DNA from: an uncultured Ruminococcus sp.
GTDB lineage: Bacteria; Bacillota; Clostridia; Oscillospirales; CAG-272
Reading direction: 5' to 3'
Assembly (NCBI GenBank): GCA_964461155.1
Contig: CAYWTG010000002.1
Coordinates: 1-33,150 of the forward strand
Length of the DNA: 33,150 nt
Of this stretch, positions 7,029-17,085 are shown piece after piece (position 1 is the first letter of the stretch; each line of letters opens with the position of its first letter). The notes beneath the pieces were generated by a model that worked only from the letters and a program-made list of their open reading frames with translations, had not been told where the DNA came from and made no database searches. Both the position numbers and the translations under genes were made by a program.

Positions 7029-9581
7029 ATGAACGATGCTGCGGGCGTATATATTTTAGAAGCACCCTACCACATCGACCGAATCTATCGGTACTATATC
7101 CCCCCGGAGCTCTCCGAGCGCGTGGTGCCCGGCACTATCGTTGAAGTGCCGTTCGGTAACGGAAACCGAAGAATGACCGGCGCAGTATACGAAATCACAG
7201 ACGCAGCCGACACAGAGGAGCTCAAGCCCATAATGTCGGCTGCCGACATATTTCCGCCTCATTTGACCCCCGAAGCCTTGCGCCTTTGCGCATTTTTGAA
7301 AGCACATACGCTGTGCACCTTCGGAGAGGCGGTTCGCTGTGTCCTCCCCTCCGGCGCGATATCGAAAATGTCCGAGTATTATCTCGCAGAGCGCGATCTT
7401 TCCGAGGATGAAGTTGAAAAAGCCCTCGGCTCGATGAGCGAAAAGGCTATGTTCGTATACACCGCCATAAAGGGCACGCGGAAAATGTCAAAGGACACTC
7501 TCCGCTCAAAATTCGGCGAGGATGTGTCGGGCGTGCTCGGTCAGCTCATCCGACGCGGCCTTGTGAGAAAACAAGACGAGCTTCGCGGCGGTGAACACGT
7601 CATGCGAATAACGCACGTCTTCGCCACGGGTGACGAGCCCGCCTCGCTCCGAAGCGAACGTCAGCTTGCCGTGCTCTCATATGCAAAGGAGCATCCGGGA
7701 TGCACGATCGAAAACCTTTGCGAGGCAACATCACTCGAACGCGCGACTGTACGAGCCGCCGTCTCAGCTCTCGAAAAAAAAGGACTCGTGCGTACCGAAA
7801 GCGAGAAAGTCTTAAAAGACCCGCTGTACGCAGGTGTCACGTCGGCAGATATCCCGATGTACTCAAAGCCGTTTGAGCTGTCCGACGAGCAACAAAAAGC
7901 CTACGAAACTCTGCGCGAGATGTGCGACAGTCGCACGCCGCGTGCGGCACTGCTCCACGGCGTCACGGGCTCGGGCAAGACAAATGTCATTCTACGCGTG
8001 ATCGACCGTGTACTCGAAACGGGACGCGGAGTCATCATGCTCGTGCCCGAGATCGCCTTGACTCCGCAGACGCTCGGCCGCTTCGCCTGCCGCTACGGTG
8101 AGCGGATCGCGGTGATACATTCCGCGCTCTCGTCCTCCGAACGCTTTGACGCATGGCGCAGGATCAAAAACGGCGAGGCCGACGTCGTCATCGGCACGCG
8201 AAGCGCGATCTTCGCGCCTGTGAAAAATCTCGGACTCATCGTGATAGACGAGGAGCACGAGCACACCTACAAATCCGACACCGACCCCAAATACTCGGCA
8301 CACGATGTCGCAAGCTTCCGTTGCGGCGAAAACTCCGCCGCGCTGATCCTCGCTTCCGCGACTCCGTCGGTGACGAGCTACTACAAGGCGATGACCGGGC
8401 GTTACACCTTGGTCGAGCTGAAAAACAGATTCGGCTCCGCCTCACTGCCGCGCGTTGAAGTCGCGGATATGCGGACCGAGCTGAAAAGCGGCAACGCTTC
8501 CCCTCTCAGCCGTGCGCTGATCTCGCGTATTTCCGACGATCTCGAGCACAAGCGGCAGACGATTCTTTTCATCAACCGCAGAGGCTACAACAGCACGATC
8601 AGCTGTCGTTCCTGCGGCGAGGCCGTGAAATGCCCTCACTGCTCCGTCACGCTTACATATCACACGAAAAACGGAGCCGTGATCCCGCGCGAGAGCGAAG
8701 CCGGCGAGGGTTACCTCGAAATTCGCCGCCGCTCGGGATATCTGCACTGCCATATGTGCGGCTACAAAAGCGAGCTTCCCGACAAATGCCCCGAGTGCGG
8801 AGAATCGCATTTTCTCTTCTGCGGGCTCGGAACTCAGCTTGCCGAAAACGAGCTTCACCGACTGTTCCCGAGCGCACGCATCACTCGCATGGACTACGAC
8901 ACGACGCGCACGAAAGCCGCTCATGAAAAGCTTCTCTCCTCATTCCGCGACGGCGAGGCGGATATTCTCCTCGGCACGCAAATGGTCACGAAAGGGCACG
9001 ACTTTCCGCGTGTTTCGACCGTCGGCATACTGAACGCCGACAGCTCGCTGTTTCTCGACGACTACCGCGCGGGTGAGCGGACGTTTTCGATGCTCACGCA
9101 GGTCATCGGACGTGCGGGTAGAGCAGACTCCGAGGGCGTGTCGTTTATTCAGACGTTCAACCCCGAAAGCGACATCATCGCTCTTGCCGGCGTGCAGGAC
9201 TATCGTACCTTTTACGAGCGCGAGATCCGTCTGCGCAAGTCTCTGACTTTCCCGCCGTTCTGCGACATCGCCGTGATAACGCTCTCATCCTCCGATGAAG
9301 CGCGGCTTTCGCACGCGGCTGTCGTAATGGGTGAGAAGATACGCCGACACACCCGCGAAGACTTTACCGATGTAAAAGCAATGATCTACGGCCCGTTTGA
9401 AGCTCCGGTATACAAGGTGCAAAACGTCTGCCGTATGCGATTTGTCATAAAATGCCGCCTCACGCGACGCACGCGGGAGTTTATTTCTTCCCTGCTCTGC
9501 GATTTCTCGCGAAACGGCAAAAATTCACGCAGTGCCTCACCCGTAAGGGTCACGGTGGACTTAAATCCCTCCTCGCTTTAA
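7029..9581 (+). CDS. priA: Primosomal protein N' (replication restart helicase PriA)
   Basis: Walker A GVTGSGKT, DEEH box VIDEEHE, and the Cys-rich zinc module CRSCGEAVKCPHC...CHMCGY...CPECGE. Confidence 0.95.
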   Translation: MNDAAGVYILEAPYHIDRIYRYYIPPELSERVVPGTIVEVPFGNGNRRMTGAVYEITDAADTEELKPIMSAADIFPPHLTPEALRLCAFLKAHTLCTFGEAVRCVLPSGAISKMSEYYLAERDLSEDEVEKALGSMSEKAMFVYTAIKGTRKMSKDTLRSKFGEDVSGVLGQLIRRGLVRKQDELRGGEHVMRITHVFATGDEPASLRSERQLAVLSYAKEHPGCTIENLCEATSLERATVRAAVSALEKKGLVRTESEKVLKDPLYAGVTSADIPMYSKPFELSDEQQKAYETLREMCDSRTPRAALLHGVTGSGKTNVILRVIDRVLETGRGVIMLVPEIALTPQTLGRFACRYGERIAVIHSALSSSERFDAWRRIKNGEADVVIGTRSAIFAPVKNLGLIVIDEEHEHTYKSDTDPKYSAHDVASFRCGENSAALILASATPSVTSYYKAMTGRYTLVELKNRFGSASLPRVEVADMRTELKSGNASPLSRALISRISDDLEHKRQTILFINRRGYNSTISCRSCGEAVKCPHCSVTLTYHTKNGAVIPRESEAGEGYLEIRRRSGYLHCHMCGYKSELPDKCPECGESHFLFCGLGTQLAENELHRLFPSARITRMDYDTTRTKAAHEKLLSSFRDGEADILLGTQMVTKGHDFPRVSTVGILNADSSLFLDDYRAGERTFSMLTQVIGRAGRADSEGVSFIQTFNPESDIIALAGVQDYRTFYEREIRLRKSLTFPPFCDIAVITLSSSDEARLSHAAVVMGEKIRRHTREDFTDVKAMIYGPFEAPVYKVQNVCRMRFVIKCRLTRRTREFISSLLCDFSRNGKNSRSASPVRVTVDLNPSSL

Positions 9582-9615
9582 CGGCACGCTGCTTTTTGAA
9601 AGGATATTTATAGAA

Positions 9616-10098
9616 ATGGCAAAACTGAACATAATAAAAGAAGGCGACGACACCCTTCGCAAGGTCTGCCGTCCCGTTAAGGACATCACTCCCCGCACGC
9701 TCACCCTCCTCGATGATATGAGAGAAACTCTCCTCGCCGCAGACGGCGTCGGCCTTGCCGCACCGCAGGTAGGCGTGCTTCGCCGCATCGCACTCGTCAT
9801 CGACACCGACAAGGACGATGTGATCTACGAGCTCATAAATCCCGAGATCATCGAGCGCGACGGCGAGCAGCATGAGCTCGAGGGCTGCCTGTCCGTTCCC
9901 GGAAAATGGGGATTCACCAACCGCCCGATGACAGTCACAGTAAAAGCCACCGACAGACACGGCAAAGAGTTCACGGTAAATGCAACGGGACTCACCGCAC
10001 GTTGCTTGTGTCACGAACTCGATCACCTCGACGGAACTCTGTTCATCGACCACGCGGAAATGGTCAGCGAAGAAGAGCTCGAGCAGATGATGAACTGA
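9616..10098 (+). CDS. def: Peptide deformylase
   Basis: All three PDF motifs are present: GLAAPQVG, EGCLSVPG and HELDHLDG. Confidence 0.95.
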   Translation: MAKLNIIKEGDDTLRKVCRPVKDITPRTLTLLDDMRETLLAADGVGLAAPQVGVLRRIALVIDTDKDDVIYELINPEIIERDGEQHELEGCLSVPGKWGFTNRPMTVTVKATDRHGKEFTVNATGLTARCLCHELDHLDGTLFIDHAEMVSEEELEQMMN

Positions 10099-10152
10099 CC
10101 GCACCGTCATACTTTAAAATAAGCTGTAAATAAGCTAAGGGTACTTATAATA

Positions 10153-11085
10153 ATGAAGATACTTTTTATGGGCACGCCCGATTACGCGGCAGAGTGCCTC
10201 AAGGCACTTATAGCGCATCCGAATGTTGAGATCATCTGTGCCGTAACTCAGCCAGACCGTCAAAAGGGGCGCGGAATGAAGCTTCTGCCGCCTCCCGTCA
10301 AAGTCACGGCCGAAGAAAACTCCATCCCCGTATTCCAGCCGACAACGATGAAAGACCGCGCGTTTGAGGAAACTCTGCAATCGCTCGCGCCCGAGCTCAT
10401 CATCGTCGCCGCCTACGGCAAGATCCTCCCGAGATACATCCTCGACTATCCGAAATACGGCTGCATAAACGCGCACGCTTCACTCCTGCCCCGCCACAGA
10501 GGTGCAGCTCCGATAAATCGTGCGATCATGGAGGGCGACACCCTCACCGGCGTTACATCCATGTACATGGCGGACGGCATCGACACAGGAGATATGATAC
10601 TCAAGATCGAAGTGCCGATCGAAGAATGTGACAACGCGGGCACGCTTCACGACAAGCTCGCAGCAGCCGCAGGTGAGGCTATGTGCCTCACGGTCGATCG
10701 TCTTCTTGACGGAACGATCACCCGCACGCCCCAAAGCGAAGACGGCATGACATATGCCGCAAAGATCACGCAGGCGGACTGCCCTGTCGACTTTAACGCT
10801 CCCGCTCGCCGCGTATACGATCACATCCGCTCACTCGCTCCCGTCCCGTGCGCACTTACGCACACTCCCGACGGAAAGCTTTTGAAGATCACTTCGGCAG
10901 AGCTTTGCGACAGCAAAAACGGTGACACTCCCGGCCGCGTCGTTTCCCTCGACGGCGGCATAACGGTCGCCTGTGCCGACGGATGTGTCAAGATCACAGG
11001 TGTCATCCCCGAGGGCAAGGGACGTATGTCCGCTGCCGACTACGTGCGCGGACGCAAGATAGCCATAGACGACATTCTCGCATAG
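10153..11085 (+). CDS. fmt: Methionyl-tRNA formyltransferase
   Basis: MKILFMGTPDYA N-terminus, HASLLPRHRGAAPI formyltransferase motif, and a position immediately after def. Confidence 0.95.
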   Translation: MKILFMGTPDYAAECLKALIAHPNVEIICAVTQPDRQKGRGMKLLPPPVKVTAEENSIPVFQPTTMKDRAFEETLQSLAPELIIVAAYGKILPRYILDYPKYGCINAHASLLPRHRGAAPINRAIMEGDTLTGVTSMYMADGIDTGDMILKIEVPIEECDNAGTLHDKLAAAAGEAMCLTVDRLLDGTITRTPQSEDGMTYAAKITQADCPVDFNAPARRVYDHIRSLAPVPCALTHTPDGKLLKITSAELCDSKNGDTPGRVVSLDGGITVACADGCVKITGVIPEGKGRMSAADYVRGRKIAIDDILA

Positions 11086-11125
11086 AGCTGAAATTCGACA
11101 AACGCCGAAAGAACGGAGGTAAGAT

Positions 11126-11824
11126 ATGTTTTACTACAATTTCGATATGTACTACGTCATTTTGGTGCTTCCCGCGATGCTTTTCGCGATGTGGGCACAG
11201 TACAATGTTCAGTCCACGTTCAAAAAATACGCACGCGTTCCGTCCGAACGCGGAATGACGGGCAGAGATGCCGCAAGAATGATCCTCGACAGCCACGGCC
11301 TTTATCACATCCGCGTCGAAGAAGTCGCGGGTGAGCTGACAGACCATTACGACCCGAAGGCAAACGTCATTCGCCTGTCGACATCGACTTATGCTTCGCA
11401 AAGTGCCGCCGCTGTCGGCGTTGCCGCACATGAAGCGGGTCATGCCGTCCAGCACGCGGAAAACTACACCCCCATCAAGATCCGTCAGGCGATAATCCCC
11501 GTTTCACAGCTCGGCTCCACGCTTGCGCTCCCCCTCGTCGTCCTCGGACTTCTGCTCGGATTTTACAGCCTTTCGTACTTCGGACTCATCCTCTTTTCGG
11601 CAGTAACCGTATTTCAGCTTGTCACGCTCCCCGTTGAATTCAACGCAAGCTCACGCGCCGTAGCCGTGCTCGAGTCGTCGAACTGTCTTTCGGACGACGG
11701 ACTTCGCAGTGCGAAAAAGGTTCTCCGCGCCGCCGCTCTGACATATGTTGCGGCTCTGTTCGTGTCGCTTGCGAACCTTCTTCGACTTTTCTTCATCGTC
11801 TCCGGCAGAAACAGGAGAGACTGA
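11126..11824 (+). CDS. Membrane zinc metallopeptidase, YugP / Zn_peptidase_2 family
   Basis: HEAGHAVQH zinc motif, with an N-terminal and two C-terminal hydrophobic segments. Confidence 0.8.
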   Translation: MFYYNFDMYYVILVLPAMLFAMWAQYNVQSTFKKYARVPSERGMTGRDAARMILDSHGLYHIRVEEVAGELTDHYDPKANVIRLSTSTYASQSAAAVGVAAHEAGHAVQHAENYTPIKIRQAIIPVSQLGSTLALPLVVLGLLLGFYSLSYFGLILFSAVTVFQLVTLPVEFNASSRAVAVLESSNCLSDDGLRSAKKVLRAAALTYVAALFVSLANLLRLFFIVSGRNRRD

Positions 11825-11826
11825 CA

Positions 11827-13131
11827 ATGACAGATAAGATCACGGACGCACGGTGCGCCGCCGCACAGTCGCTTTACAAGATCGAGTCGCAGGGACGCTA
11901 CTCGAATCTCGAGACGGACTCTTTTCTCGCATCATGCGTCAACCTCTCCGAAGCCGATCGCGCGCTTTACACGCGACTTGTCTACGGAGTCACCGAAAAG
12001 CGACTCACTCTCGATTTTATAATCTCGAAGTACTCGGCAAAGCCGATCGAAGAGATAGATAAAGAAACGCTCATCTCGCTTCGGCTCGGCGTATATCAGC
12101 TCATCTATACCGACCGCATCCCCGATTTTGCCGCGGTTTCGGCGAGCGTCGACACCGCGCCGCGCCGCTCTCGCGGATTTGTGAACGGCGTGCTCCGAAG
12201 CTTTCTTCGCGCAGGAAAAGCGCACACTCTCCCGAGCGGCGACTCTCCCGAGGAGATGTCCGTTAAATATTCGACAAACGCCGATATCTGCGCGATGCTG
12301 ATATCATCCTACGGCGCAGACACAGCTCGGCTTATTTTGGAGGCTTTCGGCAAGCCGTCGGATATCACGCTTCGCGTCAATACTTTGAAGATCTCGCCGA
12401 GCGAAGCCGAGAAAAGCCTCATCGGCAGTTCCCGCTCTGCTCTCTGCGACGATATGCTTACGATCTCGTCACTCACACAGGACGCTCGACAAGGAATTGA
12501 AAACGGTTTTTACTTCGTGCAAGACCCCGCCTCGAGGATCGCCGCGTCGGTACTCGGCGCACGCCCGGGTGAGACTGTGGCCGATGTTTGCGCGGCTCCC
12601 GGCGGCAAAAGCTTTTCTGTCGCGCTCGACATGGAAGACCGCGGTCATCTTTACTCATTTGATCTTCACGAAAACAAGCTCTCGCTGATACGAAAAACTG
12701 CCGAGAGGCTCAGCATAACATCGATTTCCGTTGCAGAGCGAGACGCGCGTCGTCCGCTCGCCGAGCTTGTCGGAAAGTGCGACCGCGTGCTCTGCGACGC
12801 GCCGTGCTCCGGCATCGGCGTTCTCGCGAAAAAGCCCGAGCTTCGATATAAGAGCATCGACGGCATAAACCGTCTTCCCGAGATACAGCACGACGTGCTC
12901 TGCGGTGCTGCCGAATACGTTCGCCGTGGCGGTGTGCTCGTTTACTCGACCTGCACGCTGAACCGCGCCGAAAACGAAGACACCGTGACGCGATTTTTAA
13001 ACGAGAATCCCGACTTTTCACTCGTACCCTTCGACGGTGTCTTCCCGTCGGAAAGCGGTATGCTCACTTTTATGCCGCAAGTCACCGGCACCGACGGATT
13101 CTTCGTCGCAAAAATGATACGAAAATCTTAA
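11827..13131 (+). CDS. rsmB: 16S rRNA (cytosine967-C5)-methyltransferase RsmB/Sun
   Basis: NusB-like N-terminal domain, SAM motifs DVCAAPGGKS and DRVLCDAPCSGIGV, and catalytic YSTCT. Confidence 0.9.
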   Translation: MTDKITDARCAAAQSLYKIESQGRYSNLETDSFLASCVNLSEADRALYTRLVYGVTEKRLTLDFIISKYSAKPIEEIDKETLISLRLGVYQLIYTDRIPDFAAVSASVDTAPRRSRGFVNGVLRSFLRAGKAHTLPSGDSPEEMSVKYSTNADICAMLISSYGADTARLILEAFGKPSDITLRVNTLKISPSEAEKSLIGSSRSALCDDMLTISSLTQDARQGIENGFYFVQDPASRIAASVLGARPGETVADVCAAPGGKSFSVALDMEDRGHLYSFDLHENKLSLIRKTAERLSITSISVAERDARRPLAELVGKCDRVLCDAPCSGIGVLAKKPELRYKSIDGINRLPEIQHDVLCGAAEYVRRGGVLVYSTCTLNRAENEDTVTRFLNENPDFSLVPFDGVFPSESGMLTFMPQVTGTDGFFVAKMIRKS

Positions 13132-13154
13132 ACTCACGCACAACGGAGCAATTT

Positions 13155-14216
13155 ATGGAGCAAAAGAAAGATATAATGTCCACGACACAGTCCGAGCTTC
13201 GCGACTTTGTCACGGAGGAGATGGGCGAAAGTGCCTACAGGGCGCGCCAGCTTTTCAAATGGATGCACAGCGCGGCGACGATCGACGAAATGTCAAATCT
13301 GCCGAAGAGCTTTCGCGAAAAGCTCGCAAAATCGGCCGACTACCGCCTGCCGCAGATCGAAAAGAGGCTCGTTTCACGCGTCGACGGCACGATCAAATAT
13401 CTCTTTTCGTTAAACGACGGCGAGTGCGTCGAAAGCGTGCTTATGAAATACGAGCACGGAAACACTCTGTGCGTGTCGTCGCAGGCCGGTTGCCGCATGG
13501 GATGCAAATTTTGCGCATCGACGCTCCTCGGACGCGTCCGTAATCTGACAGCCTCCGAAATTCTCGGTCAGGTCGCGCTTGCCGCAAGAGACTCCGGTGA
13601 GCGCGTCGACGGAATAGTCATGATGGGTATCGGCGAGCCGCTTGACAATTATGACAATGTCATACGTTTTCTCCATCTCGTCGGAGATCCCGACGGTCTC
13701 GGCATCGGTATGCGCCACATCTCGCTTTCGACCTGCGGCATCGTACCCGGGATCATGAAGCTTGCGGATGAAAAGATCCCCGTCACCCTTTCGGTATCGC
13801 TCCACGCGTACGACGACGCAAAGCGGCGCGAGATCATGCCTATCGCGAACAAATATCCCCTCTCTGAGCTTCTCCGCGCTTGCAGATATTATTTCGACAA
13901 AACAGGACGCCGCGTTTCTTTTGAGTATACGCTGATTTCGGGAAAGAACGACTCTCCCGACGACGCGCGCGGCCTTGCTCATCTTCTCAAAAACGGCATG
14001 GGCGTGCCATGTCACGTCAACCTCATCATGCTGAACGAGGTCGACGAAACGGGATTTTCGACGGTCGATCGAAAGAGTGCCGCAAAATTCGCCGACAGGC
14101 TCAATTCTCTCGGTCAAAACGCCACCGTGCGTCGCCGCCTCGGAAGCGACATCGACGCCTCCTGCGGACAGCTCAGGCTGAACCGCAACAGAAAGGCGGA
14201 AACGGCGGACAGCTGA
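13155..14216 (+). CDS. rlmN: 23S rRNA/tRNA (adenine-C2)-methyltransferase RlmN (radical SAM)
   Basis: Radical-SAM cluster GCRMGCKFCAS, MGIGEPLDN, and the C-terminal catalytic Cys in DIDASCGQL. Confidence 0.93.
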   Translation: MEQKKDIMSTTQSELRDFVTEEMGESAYRARQLFKWMHSAATIDEMSNLPKSFREKLAKSADYRLPQIEKRLVSRVDGTIKYLFSLNDGECVESVLMKYEHGNTLCVSSQAGCRMGCKFCASTLLGRVRNLTASEILGQVALAARDSGERVDGIVMMGIGEPLDNYDNVIRFLHLVGDPDGLGIGMRHISLSTCGIVPGIMKLADEKIPVTLSVSLHAYDDAKRREIMPIANKYPLSELLRACRYYFDKTGRRVSFEYTLISGKNDSPDDARGLAHLLKNGMGVPCHVNLIMLNEVDETGFSTVDRKSAAKFADRLNSLGQNATVRRRLGSDIDASCGQLRLNRNRKAETADS

Positions 14217-14267
14217 CCGCATAAGCGTAAAATTTTCCGTTTTATCCGAAAAATTGCGCAAAGCTCC

Positions 14268-14296
14268 TTTACATCCGCTTCGACTTCATGTATAAT
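14268..14296 (+). promoter_or_regulatory. Internal sigma-A-type promoter upstream of stp-prkC
   Basis: TTTACA (14268-14273), a 17-nt spacer ending in TG (extended -10), then TATAAT (14291-14296). Confidence 0.6.
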
Positions 14297-14374
14297 TGTA
14301 CTTGAAGAAGTATTCGATTTTTCGTTATAACTTTGATCGGCAGTCCTTTTTTCGGACTGCGGTGAGGTAAAGCT

Positions 14375-15151
14375 ATGTTTTTCTACGGAACGACAGACAT
14401 CGGTAAAAAACGTGTCGTTAACCAAGACAATTTCAAAATAAAGAAGTACTCCGAGGATATCGTCCTCGCCGTCGTCTGTGACGGAATGGGCGGTGCTTCG
14501 GGAGGCGGCGTCGCAAGCTCTCTTGCCATCTCCGCTTTCACCGAAAGCCTCGACTCCTCCGCTTCTCTCTTTACCGAGGAGCACGACTCGCCGAATGCCG
14601 ACGAGCTCATAACTCAGGCTCTTCGCGACGCGATCGAGCGTGCAAACGAGGCCGTGTACAACGCCGCCTGCTCTTCTGCTGATCTTACCGGAATGGGCAC
14701 GACGCTCGTCGCCGCCCTCGTCACTCCGAAGTGCATCTACTGCGTAAATGTCGGCGACAGCCGTATGTATCACGGAAACGGCACCTCTCTCGAGCAGGTG
14801 ACCCGCGACCACTCCTATGTTCAGTACCTTGTGGATATAGGAAAAATGACCCCCAAAAAAGCAAAAAAATCAAGTCACCGTAACATCATTACCCGCGCGG
14901 TAGGTACGGAGAGCTCCGTCGAGGCCGATCTTTACACGATCTCGAGATTTTCATCAGAGCACCCCGCCTTCGTGCTCCTTTGCTCCGACGGCCTTACCAA
15001 TATGGTCGAGCTTCGCGAGATCACATCGGTCCTCAAAACGACCGAGTGCTCCGGAGAATCGCTGAAACGCGCCGCCGAGCGCATTGTTTCCCTCGCGAAC
15101 GAGCGCGGCGGCAACGACAACATCACCGTTGTCCTGCTCGCCTACCGATAA
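14375..15151 (+). CDS. prpC: PP2C-family Ser/Thr protein phosphatase (Stp/PrpC)
   Basis: Motifs RVVNQDNF, VCDGMGG, DGLTNMV and GGNDNITVVL. RBS GGTGAGG precedes the start. Confidence 0.93.
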   Translation: MFFYGTTDIGKKRVVNQDNFKIKKYSEDIVLAVVCDGMGGASGGGVASSLAISAFTESLDSSASLFTEEHDSPNADELITQALRDAIERANEAVYNAACSSADLTGMGTTLVAALVTPKCIYCVNVGDSRMYHGNGTSLEQVTRDHSYVQYLVDIGKMTPKKAKKSSHRNIITRAVGTESSVEADLYTISRFSSEHPAFVLLCSDGLTNMVELREITSVLKTTECSGESLKRAAERIVSLANERGGNDNITVVLLAYR

Positions 15152-15183
15152 ATCACTGAAATAAAGTAAAGGTATGATCGGCT

Positions 15184-17085
15184 ATGGATATTTACGAAAG
15201 ATATATAGGTCAGGTATTTGACAACAGATACCGTATCGACGCTCTGATCGGTGTCGGTGGCATGGCGGTCGTGTACAAAGCAGTCGATATGCTCATGCGC
15301 CGCATCGTCGCCGTCAAGATACTGCGTGACGATATCTCGACCGACGACGCTTCCGTCAAGCGTTTTATAAATGAATCGAAAGCTGTCGCAATGCTCTCGC
15401 ACCCGAACATCGTCAACATCTACGATGTCTCAGTCAGAGACAATGTTAAATATATCGTCATGGAGTATATCGAGGGCATTACCCTGAAAAACTACATGAC
15501 GCGCCGCGAGGTGCTCAGCTTTAAGGAAGTCCTCGGCTATTCGATGCAGATTCTCCGCGCACTCGATCACGCACACAAAAAAGGCATCGTACACCGCGAT
15601 ATCAAGCCGCAGAACATCATGCTTCTGCGCGACGGCGTGATCAAAGTGATGGACTTCGGCATCGCGAAGCTTCCGAACGCGGAGACCGTAACGATGTCGG
15701 ACAAGGCTATAGGCACGGTGTACTACATCAGCCCCGAGCAGGCGAGCGGCGAGGCCATCGACGCTCGAAGCGATCTTTACTCGCTCGGTGCGGTCATGTA
15801 CGAAATGGCCACGGGGCGACTCCCCTTTGACGCAGACTCTCCCGTGACCGTTGCGCTCAAACAGCTGAACGACAAAGCTGTTCCGCCGCGAAGCATAAAT
15901 CCGAAGATCCCGCAGGGACTCGAGCAGATAATCAATCGCGCCATGGAAAAAGAGCCGTCCGACAGATATCAGAACGCTCAACAGATGCTCGAGTGTCTCG
16001 AAAAGCTGCGCGAAAATCCCTCTATAGTTTTCAAGCCCAAGGCTTCGGAGAAACTCAAAGGTTTTTTTCAAAAAAGGCTGCCGCTCGGAAGGGTAAGTAA
16101 GTCCATGCTTCCCATCGTGATCGGCGTGTTCACGGCATTCTTTATTGCTTTCGGCATCTGTGCCGTATATGTGTTCACCCACTCGTTCACCTCAAGCACG
16201 ATAGACGATTACGAATCCATCGATGTTGAAAATTTTGTGGGCGCGACATACACGGATGAGCTTGAGAGGTGGTTCAAGAGCTCCATGTACTTCCGCCTTG
16301 CGGGAGTCGAATACAGGTTTGACGAGAACACGGAAAAGGGCCGCATCATAGGACAGTCCCCCGCACCCGGAGAATCAAAAAGGGTTCTCGCCGGAAAGCA
16401 GTACTGCGAGATAACGCTTGTCATCAGCAACGGCGAAGAAAGCTTCAAACTCGACGACTACACCTCACAGGACTACAGGCTCGTCCTAACCGAACTTCGC
16501 CGACTCCAGCTGAAGTGCACCGTCGAGAAAAAGCCGAGCATGGTATATTCGGCAGGTTCGGTCATCTCGTCCGAGCCGTCGCGCGGAAATACCGTCACGG
16601 CAGGTGATACGATAACTCTTTACGTAAGTAGCGGCGCGGCGAGCGAAGATCTCGAAATGCCCGATTTCGAGGGCATGAACGAGGCAGAAGCTTTCCTCTG
16701 CGTCGCAAAGAACAAGCTCCGCGTTGGAAAGATCACGTATGTGAAATCCGACAAGGCGTCCGGAACCGTGATATCTCAGAGTATCGAGGAAGAAACGCCG
16801 ATCTACTATTACACGACGGTGGATTTTGAAATCAGCGGCGGACCGAAGTACGGTGAAGCTGTCGACACGACGACAGCCGACACGACATCCGATCCCTCGG
16901 AGTCCTCAAGCGAGACAGACGAGCCGACGGAATCGTCAAGCGACGACGTGCTCGATCCGGATGAGTCTGTCGACGACATCGAAGACCCCAATGAGTCGTC
17001 AAGTGACGAGTCGCCGAACGACCCTAGCGAAGATGATCCCGACTCTCCGAGCGAATCATCCGATGAAGACGATCCCACTCTGTGA
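15184..17085 (+). CDS. prkC: Ser/Thr protein kinase with PASTA repeats (PrkC-like)
   Basis: Hanks kinase motifs GVGGMAVVYKA, HRDIKPQN, DFGIA and SPEQ. One TM helix (LPIVIGVFTAFFIAFGICAVYVF) and three PASTA-like repeats follow, then a 75-aa Ser/Asp/Glu/Pro-rich tail. Confidence 0.93.
   Translation: MDIYERYIGQVFDNRYRIDALIGVGGMAVVYKAVDMLMRRIVAVKILRDDISTDDASVKRFINESKAVAMLSHPNIVNIYDVSVRDNVKYIVMEYIEGITLKNYMTRREVLSFKEVLGYSMQILRALDHAHKKGIVHRDIKPQNIMLLRDGVIKVMDFGIAKLPNAETVTMSDKAIGTVYYISPEQASGEAIDARSDLYSLGAVMYEMATGRLPFDADSPVTVALKQLNDKAVPPRSINPKIPQGLEQIINRAMEKEPSDRYQNAQQMLECLEKLRENPSIVFKPKASEKLKGFFQKRLPLGRVSKSMLPIVIGVFTAFFIAFGICAVYVFTHSFTSSTIDDYESIDVENFVGATYTDELERWFKSSMYFRLAGVEYRFDENTEKGRIIGQSPAPGESKRVLAGKQYCEITLVISNGEESFKLDDYTSQDYRLVLTELRRLQLKCTVEKKPSMVYSAGSVISSEPSRGNTVTAGDTITLYVSSGAASEDLEMPDFEGMNEAEAFLCVAKNKLRVGKITYVKSDKASGTVISQSIEEETPIYYYTTVDFEISGGPKYGEAVDTTTADTTSDPSESSSETDEPTESSSDDVLDPDESVDDIEDPNESSSDESPNDPSEDDPDSPSESSDEDDPTL

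Noticed and set aside
13410-14261. 283-aa minus-strand ORF opposite rlmN, with similar antisense ORFs at 5865..6536 (gmk), 15430..16182 (prkC), 20220..20954 (metY), 22434..23021 (nifS), 9550..10110 (def) and 14114..14812 (stp)
   Set aside because: All lie antisense to genes with unambiguous family signatures. They have Arg/Ala/Val-rich compositions typical of GC-rich shadow frames.
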